DNA from: Veleropilina oligotropha
Taxonomy: Eukaryota
Reading direction: 5' to 3'
Length of the DNA stretch: 64,000 bases
NCBI GenBank assembly: GCA_048128005.1
Contig: JBEUKZ010000002.1
Coordinates: 124,001 to 188,000 of the forward strand
The first letter of the stretch is position 1; the number at the start of each line of letters is the position of its first letter. Under the pieces are notes generated by a model. That model was given only the letters and a program-made list of their open reading frames with translations. It did no database searches and had not been told where the DNA came from. A program made the translations under genes and the position numbers. This document shows, in pieces, positions 1 to 13,691 of the stretch.

Positions 1-1312
1 AACCTGACCGACGGTTCATTCTGCCGCTTAAAATGACAGAATATACATGTCATACATGAAGGTCACATCTGAGTGCGACCTTAACTCTTTCAGCGCCAAG
101 TTTCTGACGATGAATACCTCGCAACACAACTCCAAATATCGACAACAAGGGGATGCCCCTAGCTCGGCAATCGACATAAACTGAATCGACCTCTATTGGC
201 GGCATTTATCGATGAATATGAATGACGTACTGTCATGTCGACATTTGTGCCTATGCTGCTGAAGGCTTTGTGTCGAATTAAGTGTCGCCAATGATGCCGA
301 CAGCGATAAGACTAACATAATGTCAAATTCTAGGAAAATAAAGTTGCCAACCAGCCGACTTTATTAGCGTGGAAAAGCGTGGATACCAATTCGCCTGACT
401 GTTCTTATTAACAGAAGTGAGTTCGATCCTCGGTTGACCATTATGTTCAGCTAAAGTTACATTGCCATTAAGTAGCGAAAAATACTTTTTAATGTAAACC
501 CTAGACCGCAATTGTATTTTTGCCAGTTAGCCGAAGTTAGAAACTTTGCAATTTTTCAAAAAATGTAGATAATTAAAAGTGACAAATAATAAAACCGGTT
601 CCGGTTTTATTATGAGGAACGGACATTTCGCTGAGAGAAATTTCGTTAAGTTTGGCACTGTCTTATTTAACTTGGAAATTGTGGAAAAGTTGAAGTGCAA
701 CATTATACTGATTTAATATTTTACAATGATGACACATCGCATGAAGTTTTGATAAATATATTTTTCATTTTTGACAAACATCGATGAAAATTCTAACGAA
801 TCAAATTGTGCTGACGAATTGAGTTGAACGAATTGACCGAATGGTCACCATAATTTCCGCCGTTGAATAGCAATAGTGTACCAGCGGGCAGCGATTTCAG
901 CAAACAATGTGGGTTATTTCACTTTGAATCACCAAAATGTTTTATGACATCCACATATATGCAAGTAAAGAAATGTATGTCATTATACGATATTTACCGA
1001 CAATGCACTGGCTTTTAACAGTCACCACGGGCACGTCTCCTCGTGCGACAGGACTTTTCCCACCACAATATGGACATGTCGTGGTGTGAGACTGAAGGGT
1101 GTGTAATAACATCGCTCCAAATTATGTCAACGTTATACAGACAATATCGACAGAACACTGTATTTACAATTGACACACATATCAAACCGTACTTAATTAA
1201 GCTTTAAGCAATAATCACTGCATACAGTACAAATTTAAATAATATTGTACGTTGTCCTACACCAAATATATCCGTTTATTTTTGGATCATAAAAACCTCA
1301 ACTATTTTGTAC

Positions 1313-1454
1313 CTTTGTTTCTGATGAGCATCTCCAGCTTAGCGGTGATGACTAATGGTACAGCAGTCATTATGGCCACACGTGATGCGTATTCGAGAAT
1401 CGTCTGGTTACATGTCCATAAAACTCCACACCTATATCCAGCTAGTCCGAAATC
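1313..1454 (-). CDS. ACCS: ACCS-like aminotransferase, last exon visible in window (DFGLAGYRCGVLWTCNQTILEYASRVAIMTAVPLVITAKLEMLIRNK)
   Basis: Minus strand tttctcctAG|GATTTCGGA...AACAAAG|GTac, 142 nt. Joins in phase 0 to the upstream exon, giving the PLP-lysine motif WGFSK|DFGLAGYRCG. Confidence 0.85.
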
Positions 1455-2673
1455 CTAGGAGAAAATCAAGCCAAATGTTAGCATTGCATGATAGAGCAGC
1501 AATATTGATCCAGACCGGGTTACAAAATTGAGCTAACAAACCCGGATGTAAAGTGTGGGTTTATCGTCTTTATTCACGTGTTGAGCACACGGTCTCATGA
1601 CGTCACTGCTACATAATATACATGATCAACAAGTTCAGAATGACATATCACTGTATGGACCAGCTTGCCTGTTTCGGACAGATTTCATCTCATATGTACC
1701 TGAGAGTACTAGCTATATGCAATACATGATCTAATTTCTATAATTTGCCGACAACCACGGATGACTAAGATCGACTGTGCTATTTTAATGCTCAAGGGTC
1801 GTCGACTAAATAGGAGAGCGAACAACCATGGACCTTATCAATTTACAAACCCCATGTTCAGTATCCGGCCTATATATGTGCCGAATCGGTATTTCATGTA
1901 ACTTGACATCATATCTCAATATCAATTATGTTGCGCATGCGTGACCTGATTAATTAGATTAAATATAATTTGTTTGGGTTTATAAAGCGCATTACTGCCA
2001 CTCATATCAAAACCTATTGAAGTTGTCTTGTCCTCTATAACCTGCCCTGCTTCTTAAATGCTCATCAAGGGGATTTTAAAATTGGTTTATAGATGTCGAT
2101 TCCACTACATTATTAAGAAGAACATTCCATTCAACGACAACCCGATTTGAGAAAAAGTGTTTTCTAACATCTAGTCGTAATTTTTTGGGGTAAATCTTGT
2201 ATTGATGCCCCCTGGTATGCCTTTGGTTCAACTGAAAAAAGAAACTATTGTCAACGTTGTCTTTTTCTGTAAACATTTTAAACACCTGAATCATATCACC
2301 TCTTATCCTTCTCAAAGATAAAGCTGTGAGATTCAGTGCTCTTAGTTTGTCCTCATATGGCAATTCCCTCAATTCTCCTATCAATTTTGTGGCTTTTCTT
2401 TGAACTTGTTCTAGAATATTGATATCCTTTGCAAGATATGGACACCATGCTTGCACTGCATATTCTAAATGCGATCTAACCATTTGCTTATATTGGCGAG
2501 TTATGATAGCTATATATTTAAAATTAAAGTTTCTCTTTATCATTCCCAATATTTGATTTTCCTTTTTGGCTGACTCTGCACATTGATGTGATGGTTTGAA
2601 TGTCTTGTCTACCCTTACACCCAAATCTTTTTGTTTGGCCACATATTGTAAAGTTTCTGAACTCAGTTCATAA

Positions 2674-3474
2674 CTAGCGAATCCTCGACCCAGCAAGTCG
2701 AGGGGATGTATCCCCTTCCACGGTAGCAATAATCAATAGGCACCGTGTCCTCATCATACCAAACATGTATACAAAATTGGAATCAAATCGGATTAGAACT
2801 ATTCACTGTAGATCGCGCACAAGAAATATCTTCAAATGAAATGGCCGCCGGGACGGCCATCTTGGATCCGAAAACAAAAGGAAATTGTTAGGCGGCGTGT
2901 CCTCATCATAACTAACGTACATATCAAATTTGAATCAAATCGTAGTGCACGCACAATAAATCTCTTCAAATAAAATGGCTGCCAAGGCGGCCATCTTGGA
3001 TCAGAAAATGACGAAAATAGTTACATGGCGTGTCCTCATCATAACAAACATGCATTTTGAATCAAATCGGATAATAACATTTCACTGTAGAGCGCGCACA
3101 AGAAATCTAATCAACCAACATGGCTGCCAAGGCGGCCATCTTGGATCCGAAAACGACGAAAATATTTAGGAGGCATGTCCTCACCACAACCATACCAAAT
3201 ATGAATCAAATCGGGTAATAACTTTTCACTGTAGCGCACACAGGAAATCTCTCCAAACAAAATGGCCGCCATGGCGGCCATCTTGGATCCGAAAACGACG
3301 AAAATCGTGATGTGGCGTGTCATCATCATAACTGACGTGCATACCAAATTTGACCCAAATCGGATTAGAATCTTCACTGTAGAGCGCGCACAAGAAATCT
3401 CTGCGGCGGCGGCGGACGCGGCTGAACGATGCCTAAACCATACTATCCCGAAATGTTAAATTTCGGGGATACAA
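2674..3474 (-). mobile_element. Helentron-type non-autonomous element (HINE/DINE-like) with internal ~150-bp tandem repeats
   Basis: subTIRs tgtatcccc/ggggataca, terminal hairpin cctcgac..gtcgagg next to ctag, a second inverted repeat atcccgaaa..tttcggggat and a (gcg)n microsatellite. Inserted at cataa|ttata; the empty site is seen in the sister CR1 near 6775. Confidence 0.75.
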
Positions 3475-3894
3475 TTATAGGTATTGCTGTTATAACCCAC
3501 ATGCATTACTTTACATTTACTGGTGTTGAAACGCATTTGCCAATCCTCTGACCATTTTACCACATTATTTAAAGTCACCTTGAAGTTACCTGTTTCGATA
3601 ATTCTTTACAGTTTTGTATCTCCTGCAAACTTTTTACTACAGATGTAATGACGTCATCAATGTCATTTAAATATATGTGAAACAACAATGGTCCCAACAC
3701 AGAACCTTGTGGGACTACACTTAGTACCGGTTTCCACACTGACTTTATCCAATTTATTACAACCCTCTGTTTTCTATTTTCTAGCCAATTACATATCCAA
3801 ATTAGTATTGGGCCTTTAATGCCATGGTTACTTATTTTTTGTAATAGTCGTTTATGTGGTACTTGATCGAATGCTTCTGAAAATCAAGATATAT

Positions 3895-5726
3895 AATAAT
3901 AATAATAATAATAATAGTAAATTTATAATGCGCTGTATTCCATGTACAAATATGCTCTAAGCGCAGGAGGAATATAGCTCATGAAAAGATCAGCAGTTGT
4001 AGGCTGGTTGAAGAGATATGTTTTCAGATTGGCTCTGAAGGACTGAAGAGTTATGAAGTTCATGTGGTAGCGCATTCCACTCTTCAGCAGCCACGTATGA
4101 GAAAGAGCGTTGATCGTATCTGACTGTGTTCATCTTTGGCACGACACAAAGGTTCTTTCCCTGGGATCTAAGAGTTCGGGTAGGGTTGTAGGAAGCTACA
4201 AGGTTGCAGAGGTATTTAGGGGCGATGCCTGCAATGCATTTGTATGTAATGCAAATAATTTTGAATTTTATTCGATAGTCCACTGGTAGCCAATGCAAGG
4301 TCTTCTAAATGGGGGTTATGTGATCACTCTGTTTTGTGAGAGAAACAATCTTGGCAGCGATGTTTTCGATTCGTTGTAATCTGGCGGTTTGGCATTTTGC
4401 GGATCCAGCCAAAAGACTATTGCAGTAGTCCAACCTTGACAGGATTAACGACACAGTAGAGTTTTGGCTGATTTTGTAGTTAGAAACTTGCGGATGGAGA
4501 TAATGTTTCTGATGACACTAAAACATTGCTTTGATACTTGTGTTACGTGATTGTCCATTCAGCTCACTGTCAAGAATGACTCCTAGATTTCGTACAGCAT
4601 CAGAGAGAGCAATATATGAAGATCCTGCAGTGACTGATGTGACTTCAGATTAATTTCTTTTTGCAGTTGGACCAAATAGTATTGCTTCCGTTTTCTGATC
4701 ATTCAGCTTGAGTTTATTGTGTGCTGTCCAGGCTTTCACTTCGTCGTAACACATAGACATATTGGAAATGGCAGCATCAGCAGAAGTGACTATTGGTTTG
4801 AAGACATCAAATAGTTGTGAGTCATCTGCATAAAATTGGCGTTGAAGATTGTGCTTTGTATCGAGAATACCGATGTACTTGCAAGTTGGTGTAGTGAGTG
4901 AGGAGAACGTGTCCAAGAACAGAACCTTGTGGAACTCCGCAATGCATCCTGACTGGTGGTGAAAACTATTACAACTGATTGAGACCTGTTGCGCAGATAC
5001 GAATGAAACCATGCCAAAGCATGCCATGATTCCGAACTGGTTGTCGAGGCGTATAATCAGGTTGTCGTGGTATCAAAGGCTGAGTTCAGGTCGAGCATTA
5101 CTAGCAAATAAACTTTGCCTTTGTCGATACCAGAGCGAATGGCACTGACGACATCAAGAAGAGCAGTTTCAGTGCTGTGACCCTGTCGATAAGCTGCCTG
5201 GAAGGGTTCATAGAGATCATGCATCTGAAGATGTTCAGAAAGTCGCCGACAGACCGCATTTTCAACTATCTTGGAAATGAAAGACAAGTTAGATACCGGT
5301 CTGTAGTTTTTCAGTTCATCTGGGTTTAGGGTGGACTTCTTTAGCAGGGGTTTGACAATTGCATTTTCAATCTTTTAGGCATGCATGATACCTGAATCAA
5401 GACTCAAATTCACAATGGTAGTGATAATGAGAAGAAAAATGTCTATGTGATCGCATACCAATTTTGTTGGGATAGGATCCAGCTCACAGCATGTAGGCGT
5501 TGATTTCCGCAGAATAGCAAGAACGTCACTCTCTGACATAGGCTTAAACTGGGTAAGGCACTCACCGTCGAACAGCTGGGAATTCTCATGATACGAAGGA
5601 CCGTCCAACTGGTCGCGTATAGTCGAGATCTTATCAGAAAAGTATTTGGCAAAAGCGTCTGCTGTCTGGCTGGCATCGCCAATGTTCGGGAGAGACACTT
5701 TCTTCTTCTTACCCATAAGTGAAAAC
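3895..5726 (-). mobile_element. 5'-truncated, degraded L2-clade LINE nested in the CR1
   Basis: RT motifs AYRQGHSTETALL, LDLNSAFDT, QFYADDSQL and HWLPVDYRIKFKI. (AAT)n tail at 3895-3918 and an ATATAT duplication at 3889-3894 / 5727-5732. Confidence 0.88.
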
Positions 5727-5964
5727 ATATATGATATCAACTGGTTTGCCCGTGTCAATTGCATTTGTTACATCTTCAAAAAAATTCAGTAAGTTTGTTA
5801 AACAAGATTTTTTCTTCATAAACCCGTGCTGACTAAGGTTTAGAAGGCCAAATTTATATATGTGTTTTAAGATAGCATCCTTAAAGATATATTCCATTAT
5901 TTTGCCTACTATTGATGTCAGACTAACAGATCGATAATTTTGGGTATTTGATCGACTACCCTTT

Positions 5965-6634
5965 TTATCCCCCCCCCGGTTACTATCAGGAAGATCTTGC
6001 AATCGCCCAGTTTGTCTGCCAATCTGTATGTAATCGATATCGTTTCCGGAGCATATCTCTTACACCGCTCGACCTAACTTTACGATACTTGCAGGGTGTA
6101 TTAACTAGTCAGTGAACTGGTGCCTTTTGCCACTTTTGACGTTGAGCGGCGACTATTAACAGAGTTACTGTCCTTGTTGTAAATTCCCTAATGTTATCTT
6201 TTCCGGACCGTATCTCATACACCGCTCAACATAACTTTACGAAACTTGCATGGTGTATTAAGTACTTGGCGGACTGGTGCCTTTTGCGAAACGCAACGCT
6301 GTGCGGGGCTTAATACCAGAGTTATTGCCCTTGTTGTAAATTTGTTAATGTTATCTTTTCAGGAGGATATATCATAAACCGATTGGCATATCTTTATGAA
6401 ATTTAGTGGGTGTAATCAGTAGTCGGTGAACTGGTGCCATTTGCTAATTTTGACGATGTGCGGCGATTCATAACAGAGTTATTGACCTTGTTGTAAATTC
6501 GTTAATGTTTCCTTTGGAATTAACCATTGCGGGGTATATTGATGACTGTCTTCTTCCGTACCCTTGAAAGCATGGATGTAGTGTTAACATTAACATTCAA
6601 CCGGGGGATACGTCTTCTTCTGATGACTCTTGTT
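5965..6634 (+). mobile_element. HINE-like element with ~150-bp internal tandem units
   Basis: Starts ttttatcccc, ends cgggggata + short hairpin + cttgtt. Inserted in a T-run of the CR1. Confidence 0.7.
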
Positions 6635-6672
6635 AAAGATTGGGGTAATATTTTCAGTCTTCCAGTCATCAG

Positions 6673-7445
6673 GGCTTAAATAGTGTGGTAAAGTGGTCTG
6701 AGGATTGGCAATTGCTTTTCAACATCAGTAAATGTAAGGTAATGCATGTGGGTTATAACAACAACAACAGATATAATTATGAAATGGGTTCGGACACTTT
6801 AGAAGTAGTGGCAAAGAAAAGGATTTGGGTGCAATGGTAGAAAAGACATTCAAACCATAAAATCAATGTGCAGAATCAGCCAAAAAGGGAAATCAAATAT
6901 ACAAGCAAAATGGTTAGGCCGCATTTAGAATATGCACTGCAAGCATGGTGTCCATATCTTGCAAAGGATATCAATATTCTAGAACAAGTTCAGAGAAGAT
7001 CCACAAATTTGATAGGAGAATTAAGGGAATTGCCATATGAGGACAGACTAAGAGCACTCAACCTCACAACATTATCTTTGAGGAGGACCAGGGGTGATAT
7101 GATTCAGGTGTTTAAAATGTTTACAGGAAAAGACAACGTTGACAATAGTTTCTTTCTTCAAATGAACCAAAGGAATACCAGGGGTCATCAATTCAAGATT
7201 TACAGAAAACGATTCCGACTGGACGTTAGAAAACACTTTTTCTCAAATCGTGTTGTCGATGAATGGAATAATCTTTCAAATAACGTAGTGGAATCGACGT
7301 ATGTAAACCAATTATAAATCGCACAGAGGAGCATTTCAAGAAACAGGGCAGAATATAGATGACAAGATTACTACAATGGATTTTTATATGAGTGGCAGTA
7401 ATGTGCTTTCTAAACCCTAACAATTATATTTAAATTTAAATCTAT
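6673..7445 (+). mobile_element. Second CR1 3' fragment, inverted relative to the first and abutting its 5' end
   Basis: ORF 6868..7317 is homologous to ORF 2076..2729; both share the same 3' tail (atatgagtggcagtaatg...). Confidence 0.88.
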
Positions 7446-7614
7446 TTATCACCATCGGGTTCAAACCAGGACCGCTAGTCAAAGGGGTAAGCCAGTGATT
7501 TCATAGATCACACGGCTAATGAATCGGCCTTAATCTGGAAGAGTGGCAAATTAGCAATACACATCCATACAACAATCATACGGTATAATAAAAAAACCTA
7601 CTACCACCACGCAC

Positions 7615-7750
7615 CTTAGAAAATCCCCAAATAACATGGATTCGGCTGCGGTCGGGGATATCCGGAAGAGCGAGAATGCTTATGAATTTCGAATGTTCAT
7701 CGAACACAGATAGAGCATATATTTCATCGGAAATCACGTGAAGGTCGTGC
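7615..7750 (-). CDS. ACCS: ACCS-like exon ((R)HDLHVISDEIYALSVFDEHSKFISILALPDIPDRSRIHVIWGFSK)
   Basis: AG/GT bounded, 136 nt, within ORF 7576..7764. Carries the DEIY motif and the catalytic Lys; closely parallels the HVIVDEVYMLSVF...HVMWATSK segment of animal ACCS as I recall it. Confidence 0.9.
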
Positions 7751-8349
7751 CTGAAAGTGTACAATCATTGAAAGTATATAATCGTTGGAAATGACTGTCG
7801 TTAAAGGTAAAATATGGCAGTGGGTCATAACATTAGCCATTCCATCGATTTATGCTACTTAATATTAAAATAAGCACTTTCTGAAAAGTTTTTCATCGAA
7901 TAATATATTTAGACGTTGTTTATAATCAATACGTATCACGACCATCGACTGTGGTGAAGGAAAGTCTGTGATTGGATTAATTGGCAGTTGTGGTGTCATA
8001 AATGTTATTGAATGATTGATACAACATTTGTATACAACTCGAGTTAAAATAAAAATCGCGCCAGGAAAGGGCATATAGTTCAAAGCAATTGGTGTTCAGA
8101 TTGGCTGAATATAGTGTTAATGTGAATCCTCATGGATATACATTTACGTGTAATGGCCACTTTGATTATCAAAACTATCGTAATATACATGTTTTTGCTC
8201 TTGTGAGTCGTATTGAATGACCTCGAATTGTCCTGGCATTGTCCTGATTATGGCTGTTGTTTGACAATGGGCGGACTTGTTTGAATGCTCCTAGTTGAAC
8301 CTAGGCCTACCGACTGTCTCCCGGTTGTATCACTTCGACCGGGATATAT

Positions 8350-8570
8350 ACGCGCGCAGCGATTCGGTATATACCGAGTATCCCGAATGAAATAGTACGG
8401 CGTATTTGGGACAAAATGGAGGAAACTTGTACAGAAGACACTTAGTGTAAGTAATATGCGCGCGCATCGATTCGGCATACGGCGTATTTGGGACAAAATG
8501 GCGGAAACTTGTACAGAAGACACTTAGTGTACGTAATATGCGCGCGCATCGATTCGGCATACGAGTATCC
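8350..8570. repeat. Short tandem duplication, unit ~82 bp
   Basis: tacggcgtatttgggacaaaatgg...gcgcgcgcatcgattcggca occurs at ~8396 and ~8478. Confidence 0.7.
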
Positions 8571-8937
8571 CGGCCTTCCAACGCTTCCACTATTGGCATT
8601 CCCGATCGGTATACCGACGACGTGACCGGGCTATACGGCATATGCCGACCGGCGTACCCAAACAAGTCCGCCCAGTTATGTCGTCACTTATTTGTCAGCT
8701 CTTTGGTGGCGAAGGAAAATTTCGTTGGACACGCCCAACTCCGTGACAATTTTAAACTGCAGTATTTTAGTGTAATTTTATTTCATTTTAGCAGGTTGGT
8801 GAGTGCCATATTTTACCTTTAAACGTCTGATCAATCACATAAAGCGTATATTAGATTTGAAAAGGAGTTTTACTGATTATGTGTTATTCATATATTTAGC
8901 ATTATATCAAATATTCAATTAAAGCAGCATTGCCCGT

Positions 8938-9024
8938 AAGTAGCGAAAAATGCTTTTAATTTTAAACCCAAGACCACAACTATATTTTTGCCAGTTAGCC
9001 AAAGTTAGAAACTTTGCAATTTTT
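8938..9024 (+). repeat. Dispersed repeat fragment also present at ~470-557
   Basis: Shared aagtagcgaaaaat...tttttgccagttagcc(g/a)aagttagaaactttgcaattttt. Confidence 0.7.
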
Positions 9025-9511
9025 GTGGCGTTTCACTAAAATGAATTATCCTGGTTTGTGACATTATGACCCGCATGATCTGCACGTGCAATGTGCTGCG
9101 TCTGAGCGACTTGTCTGTCTGCGTTCGATATCTGTGCCAAATGTAACACAGCTGGTCAGTTTGTTATTATTTATGAAATGACAGGGGTTCCTTACAATAT
9201 TGTTCCCAGTATATTTAGCGTATACGCTCATTTGGTGGCACTTATCTAGTTTATTTAGATGCGCAATTTGCACGCGCATAAGTTGCCACCCGGTAGCACA
9301 GGGGAGGTTGAGTTGAGTTGAACCCTTTGGAAATTTTCAGCCTTAACGCGGTCGGGACATCCGTTTTAAGGGATATGCCATCTATTAGTTTTAAGCCTTA
9401 GAATAAGCCAGACCGGAGCAGGTTTGAACCCTCGTCCTACCGTCCCACATAACGTTTTTCGCGCAGGGGAGGTTACGGGTAAAATAATCGTAATAACCAT
9501 TAACAACACAC

Positions 9512-9612
9512 CTGTATGCAAAGTCCACAATGTCCTGCAACTCTTGTTTGGAATAAATCTCCCCGGTGGGATTGTTGGGGTTTATGATGAAAATGCCCCG
9601 GACGGTATGACC
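9512..9612 (-). CDS. ACCS: ACCS-like exon (GHTVRGIFIINPNNPTGEIYSKQELQDIVDFAY(R))
   Basis: catttAG|GGTCAT...TACAG|GTgtg, 101 nt. Has the NPxNPxG motif of class I/II aminotransferases; its phase-2 end matches the next exon. Confidence 0.88.
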
Positions 9613-9799
9613 CTAAATGTAGAAATGTTTTTTTTAGTTTAAACATATTTATTTGCGAACATTTTGCAATAGGTTTGGGTAAAAAAGTTATGAAACTAAT
9701 CGGTGTACCCTTTCGTTCAAATAAACGATTATACATAAAACAAGAGGGATTGCCATAAGTAAACAAAATCATGTGCACGTAAGGTGCGTCTGAAGAAAT

Positions 9800-10612
9800 A
9801 AAATGAAATTAACAGAATAAAAAGACATACATTATATACATGGTGTAACAAACAGGTATGTATTGTTTAAGACAAATATCTACATTCATTCGATAACAGG
9901 AGTCTTGTATGATATTAGTGCGTAGTGAATTATATAAATCTATGAGTAGGGTTAATGTAATTTTGAACATGATTGAACATTTATTTATTTATTTCTTCCG
10001 ATGACGAGCTTATACCATTTAATAGAACATCCAATAATAAATCATAGTTTCGCAAATTATTCAAAAGTAAAGCCCGTTCATTCGCATAATTTACGCAATT
10101 CAACATATAATGTTCGACAGTTTCATGGGGAAACCCACACGAGCAGGATGGAGATGATATTATGTGGCTTGCATAAAGGTCATAATATAAAGAACTGAAA
10201 TATCTACGTAGCTTTTTATGAATAACGCCAAGGCGTCTGGAATTAGTGACGTAGCAAGAGAGTTTTGAATTTTCTAGAGTAAGAGCCTTTTTAAATGAAG
10301 CTAAAGTTGGAGAGTTTCTAATCGACTCTGATAAACTATTCCATAACCGAATTGTAGAAGGGAAAAAAGATCGTCGACTAATGTCAAGCATGCTAGGAAC
10401 CTGAACAAAATCACCGCTATTTCTCAAAGCATAGGATGACATGTCACTGACATAGCGAGGAAGTAAATTGGACAGATCATCTGGTGCCATTTTATTTTTT
10501 ATCTTATAAAGAATGCACATCTTTTTCTTCCTTCGTCTTGAATTTAAGCACACAAATAAATGATTAATATATGCATAACGAGATAGACCAGTGACGGTCC
10601 TCATAGCCTCGT
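9800..10612 (-). mobile_element. 3' remnant of a CR1/L2-group (Crack-like) LINE
   Basis: ORF 9981..10604 reads SFFPSTIRLWNSL...LASFKKAL followed by the C-terminal CSCG..ETVEHYMLNC zinc motif. Confidence 0.75.
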
Positions 10613-12365
10613 TTTAAATCAAATGGTTTTTGAGCTGAATTGTACACTATAATACCGTTTCCTTACCTGAATGTATCCAATGTACATCATGCGTTGGTTA
10701 TAAGACAAACAAAACGATATTTCCATTATAATAAACAAAATAATGCGGTGTTCTTAATATATTTCCACTTAGAAATTTGCGCACCCACACGCGAAACGCT
10801 AGTTTCATAGAAATCTGGGCATGTAACTCGAAGCAATCGCTAAATGCATGCGCTAGTTTGGCTTAACGCATGCCTACAGACAGTCGATATGTTTCGTAGT
10901 TGCGTAACTGGAAGCATTCTCTAACCAGTCGCTATACATGCGGTAGAAACACGCAAGCGAAGTGTAACATGCGATACGTCATCATACCACATTATAATAT
11001 AATATAAATAATTTTAAACGTTTGTCCGAAGAGAGTGTCATCTTTGACAATAAGTGATAAAATGCTGCATTTTCTAATTAGTCGAGAACCGACATACTCC
11101 AATCATTGCTAGAATAATTTAACGATTGCTTAGGGTGTGCATAATGCACGTCCTTATCTAAAGATCGCTTCGAGTTACGCTACTAAAATACTAGTACTGC
11201 TTAATAGGCCATGGACCAGGTATGGTTTATCTGCACCCCCCCCCCCATTTTTCTGGACCACTGGGGTACCCTGGGGTGGAAATCAACTGGTAACAGTGAA
11301 TAAACTGGGATGAACTATCCATTTGGGAGCTATATTTGATGGTACCCTCAAAACATCGATTTTTTCGTCGCTGTCGCGTCATATTCAACACTCTTGTTCT
11401 TTTCAGTTTCTAAAGTGATTAATATTGCTCCATAGCAAAACTGTATGGGTCAAAAGAAAGCTGGGAAACTACTGACCATCATAAAATATTCATATTGCAG
11501 ATTTAATGGATTATTGGTTGTCAAAACGGGGGTTGAATGGCAACACCCCCCCCCCACCCCCTTTTTCATCTTAGCGGAATGGACCAAAAATTTCAGCTTT
11601 TACAAGTTATATATATAATAAGAGTGCGTAACCCCCAATATACACAACTAAATAATTTTCTAGCATTCTACATTATCCCAGCTTTCAGTTGATACGATAA
11701 ACATTTCCATAGCTCCCAAATACTATTTGATACAGCATCTCAAAGATACCGCCGGTTCATCAAAAATGGACACCTGATGCCACAATTTCATTTTTCTAAC
11801 CGCTTCTGTTGCAAACTATATTAGAACTGCACATATATCTTATTAAAGTTAAATATATTATTGAATTTGTAGGGATGGGACCAGGTGTGGTGTAAGTGCA
11901 CCCCCTCCACATACAACCCCCCCTCCCCGATCCCATGTTTTTTCTGGATTGGGGTTGAATAGCAGAACCCTAATTTTTCGTTGTAATGTGGAATAGACTA
12001 CAATATTTCAGCTTGTACAGGTTATATATATACAAAAAATAAGAGTACATAACGCCTTATATGCATGAATTAATAGGTTTCTAGCACTATACATTATCCC
12101 AGCTTTCAATTGATACCAGAAACTTCTCCATAGCTCCAAAATCATATTTGATACTGTATCTCACAGATACCCCCGGTTCATCTAAAATGTTCGCCAGATG
12201 CCACAATTTTCTTTTTCTAACCGCTTCTGTTGCAAACTAGACTAGAACTGTATTTATATCTTATTTTAATATATCATTGATTTTACGAAAAAGGACCAGT
12301 TGTGGTGTATATGCACCCCCCCCACCGTAATTTTTCTGGACCACTGGGGTCCCCTGAGCCATATA

Positions 12366-13430
12366 GCAACAAGAAGCATTGGAGCCACACATTATCCCAT
12401 CGGGTTTGTCATAATTGATGGAGTGTACATTTTTAAGTTGATAAAGGGGAATAATTGTGCACATACTTGGGGAAATTTTAACAAAATGTAACATGACCCC
12501 CTGTGTTTTATTTGCAACACAGTCACAAGCTGCGAACAATATCTGATGCGAGGTTATGAAGATAATTGACGGAAACTAAATATCAATGTCGAAGAAGGGA
12601 AAGTTTATATGGAAAAAGGGGGATAACTGTGCAAATATTTGGCGGAATAATCTGAAATTCAATAGCAACCTAGTTTATGTCTCAATAAACTTGCATACCA
12701 AATTTTAATTCCCTAGCTATTATGGTTTTCCTTATATCATGTTCACGTCGTCCGAAAAGGAAAATTTGTCGAAAAAGGGGTATAACGGCGCAAATATGTG
12801 GTGGAATAATCTGAAATTCAATAGAAACCTAGTTTATGTCCCAATAAACCTGCATACTAAATTTGAATTCCCTAGCTTTTCCTGATATCCCGTTCACGTC
12901 TTCAGAAACGGAAATTTTATGTCAAAAAGGGGGATAACTGTGCCACAATTTGGCAGAATAATCTGACATTCAATAGCAACCTAGTTTATGGCCCAATTAA
13001 CCAGCATACCAAATTTTAATTCCCTAGCTGGTACGGTTTTCCTGATATCGTGATCACGTCGTCCAAAACGAAAATTCTGTCGAAAAAGGGGTATAACTGT
13101 GGAAATATTTGGCGGAAGAATCTGAAATTCAATAGCAACCTAGTTTATGTCCCAATAAACCTGCATACCAAATTTGAATTCCCTAGCTGGTACGGTTTTC
13201 CAGATATCGTCATCACGTCTTCCAAAATGAAAATTCTGTTGTAAAAGGGGGATAACTGTGGAAATATTTGGCGGAAGAATCTGAAATTCAACAGCAACCT
13301 AGTTTATGTCCCAATAAACCTGCATACCAAATTTGAATTCTCTAGCTGGTACGGTTTTTCTGATATCGTGATCACGTCGTCTATACGGACTACGTGACGA
13401 CATATTCCCATCGTTTTTTTTCAAAGGAAA
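12366..13430 (-). mobile_element. Tandem array of ~160-bp units, probably the core of a HINE-like insertion in the left fold-back arm
   Basis: Five copies of aaaagggg(g/t)ataac...aatctgaaattcaatagcaacctagtttatg between 12610 and 13380. Absent from the right arm; termini are degraded. Confidence 0.6.
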
Positions 13431-13691
13431 TCTTGTCATCGTATAATTATCATAAAATGTTCATATGGCAGATTTAAAGGATTATTGCTTGTCGTAACTG
13501 GGTTGAATAGCATTATTACCCCACTTTTTCTCATCGTAATGTGGAAATGACTAAAATATTACAGCTTGTAGTTGTGTCTATAAAATAAGTATTAGATAAT
13601 GCACTGCCTCCTAGAGGCTTTATAATTCAAATAGCAGAACGAGGCTGCTATTTTATAAAGCCGAGGAGTGGCAGCTGCATTATCTGTCATA

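Larger units (their letters stand above)
1950..6672 (-). mobile_element. 5'-truncated CR1-type LINE split into four pieces (1950-2673, 3475-3894, 5727-5965, 6633-6672) by three nested insertions
   Basis: The RT reading continues across the insertions: DDWKTENITPIF|KKGSRSNTQNYRSVSLTS, KPVDIIY|LDFQ, then HLEYAVQAWCPY...RRIRGDMIQVFK...FFSNRVVVEWN. Confidence 0.88.

Noticed and set aside
1..1312. Downstream ACCS exons
   Set aside because: No AG/GT-bounded segment giving the expected C-terminal aminotransferase sequence; these probably lie left of the window.
10664..10720. Candidate ACCS exon with a strong minus-strand donor (cag|gtaagg)
   Set aside because: The translation (SYNQRMMYIGYIQ) has no aminotransferase similarity, and the expected exon was found at 55861-55929.
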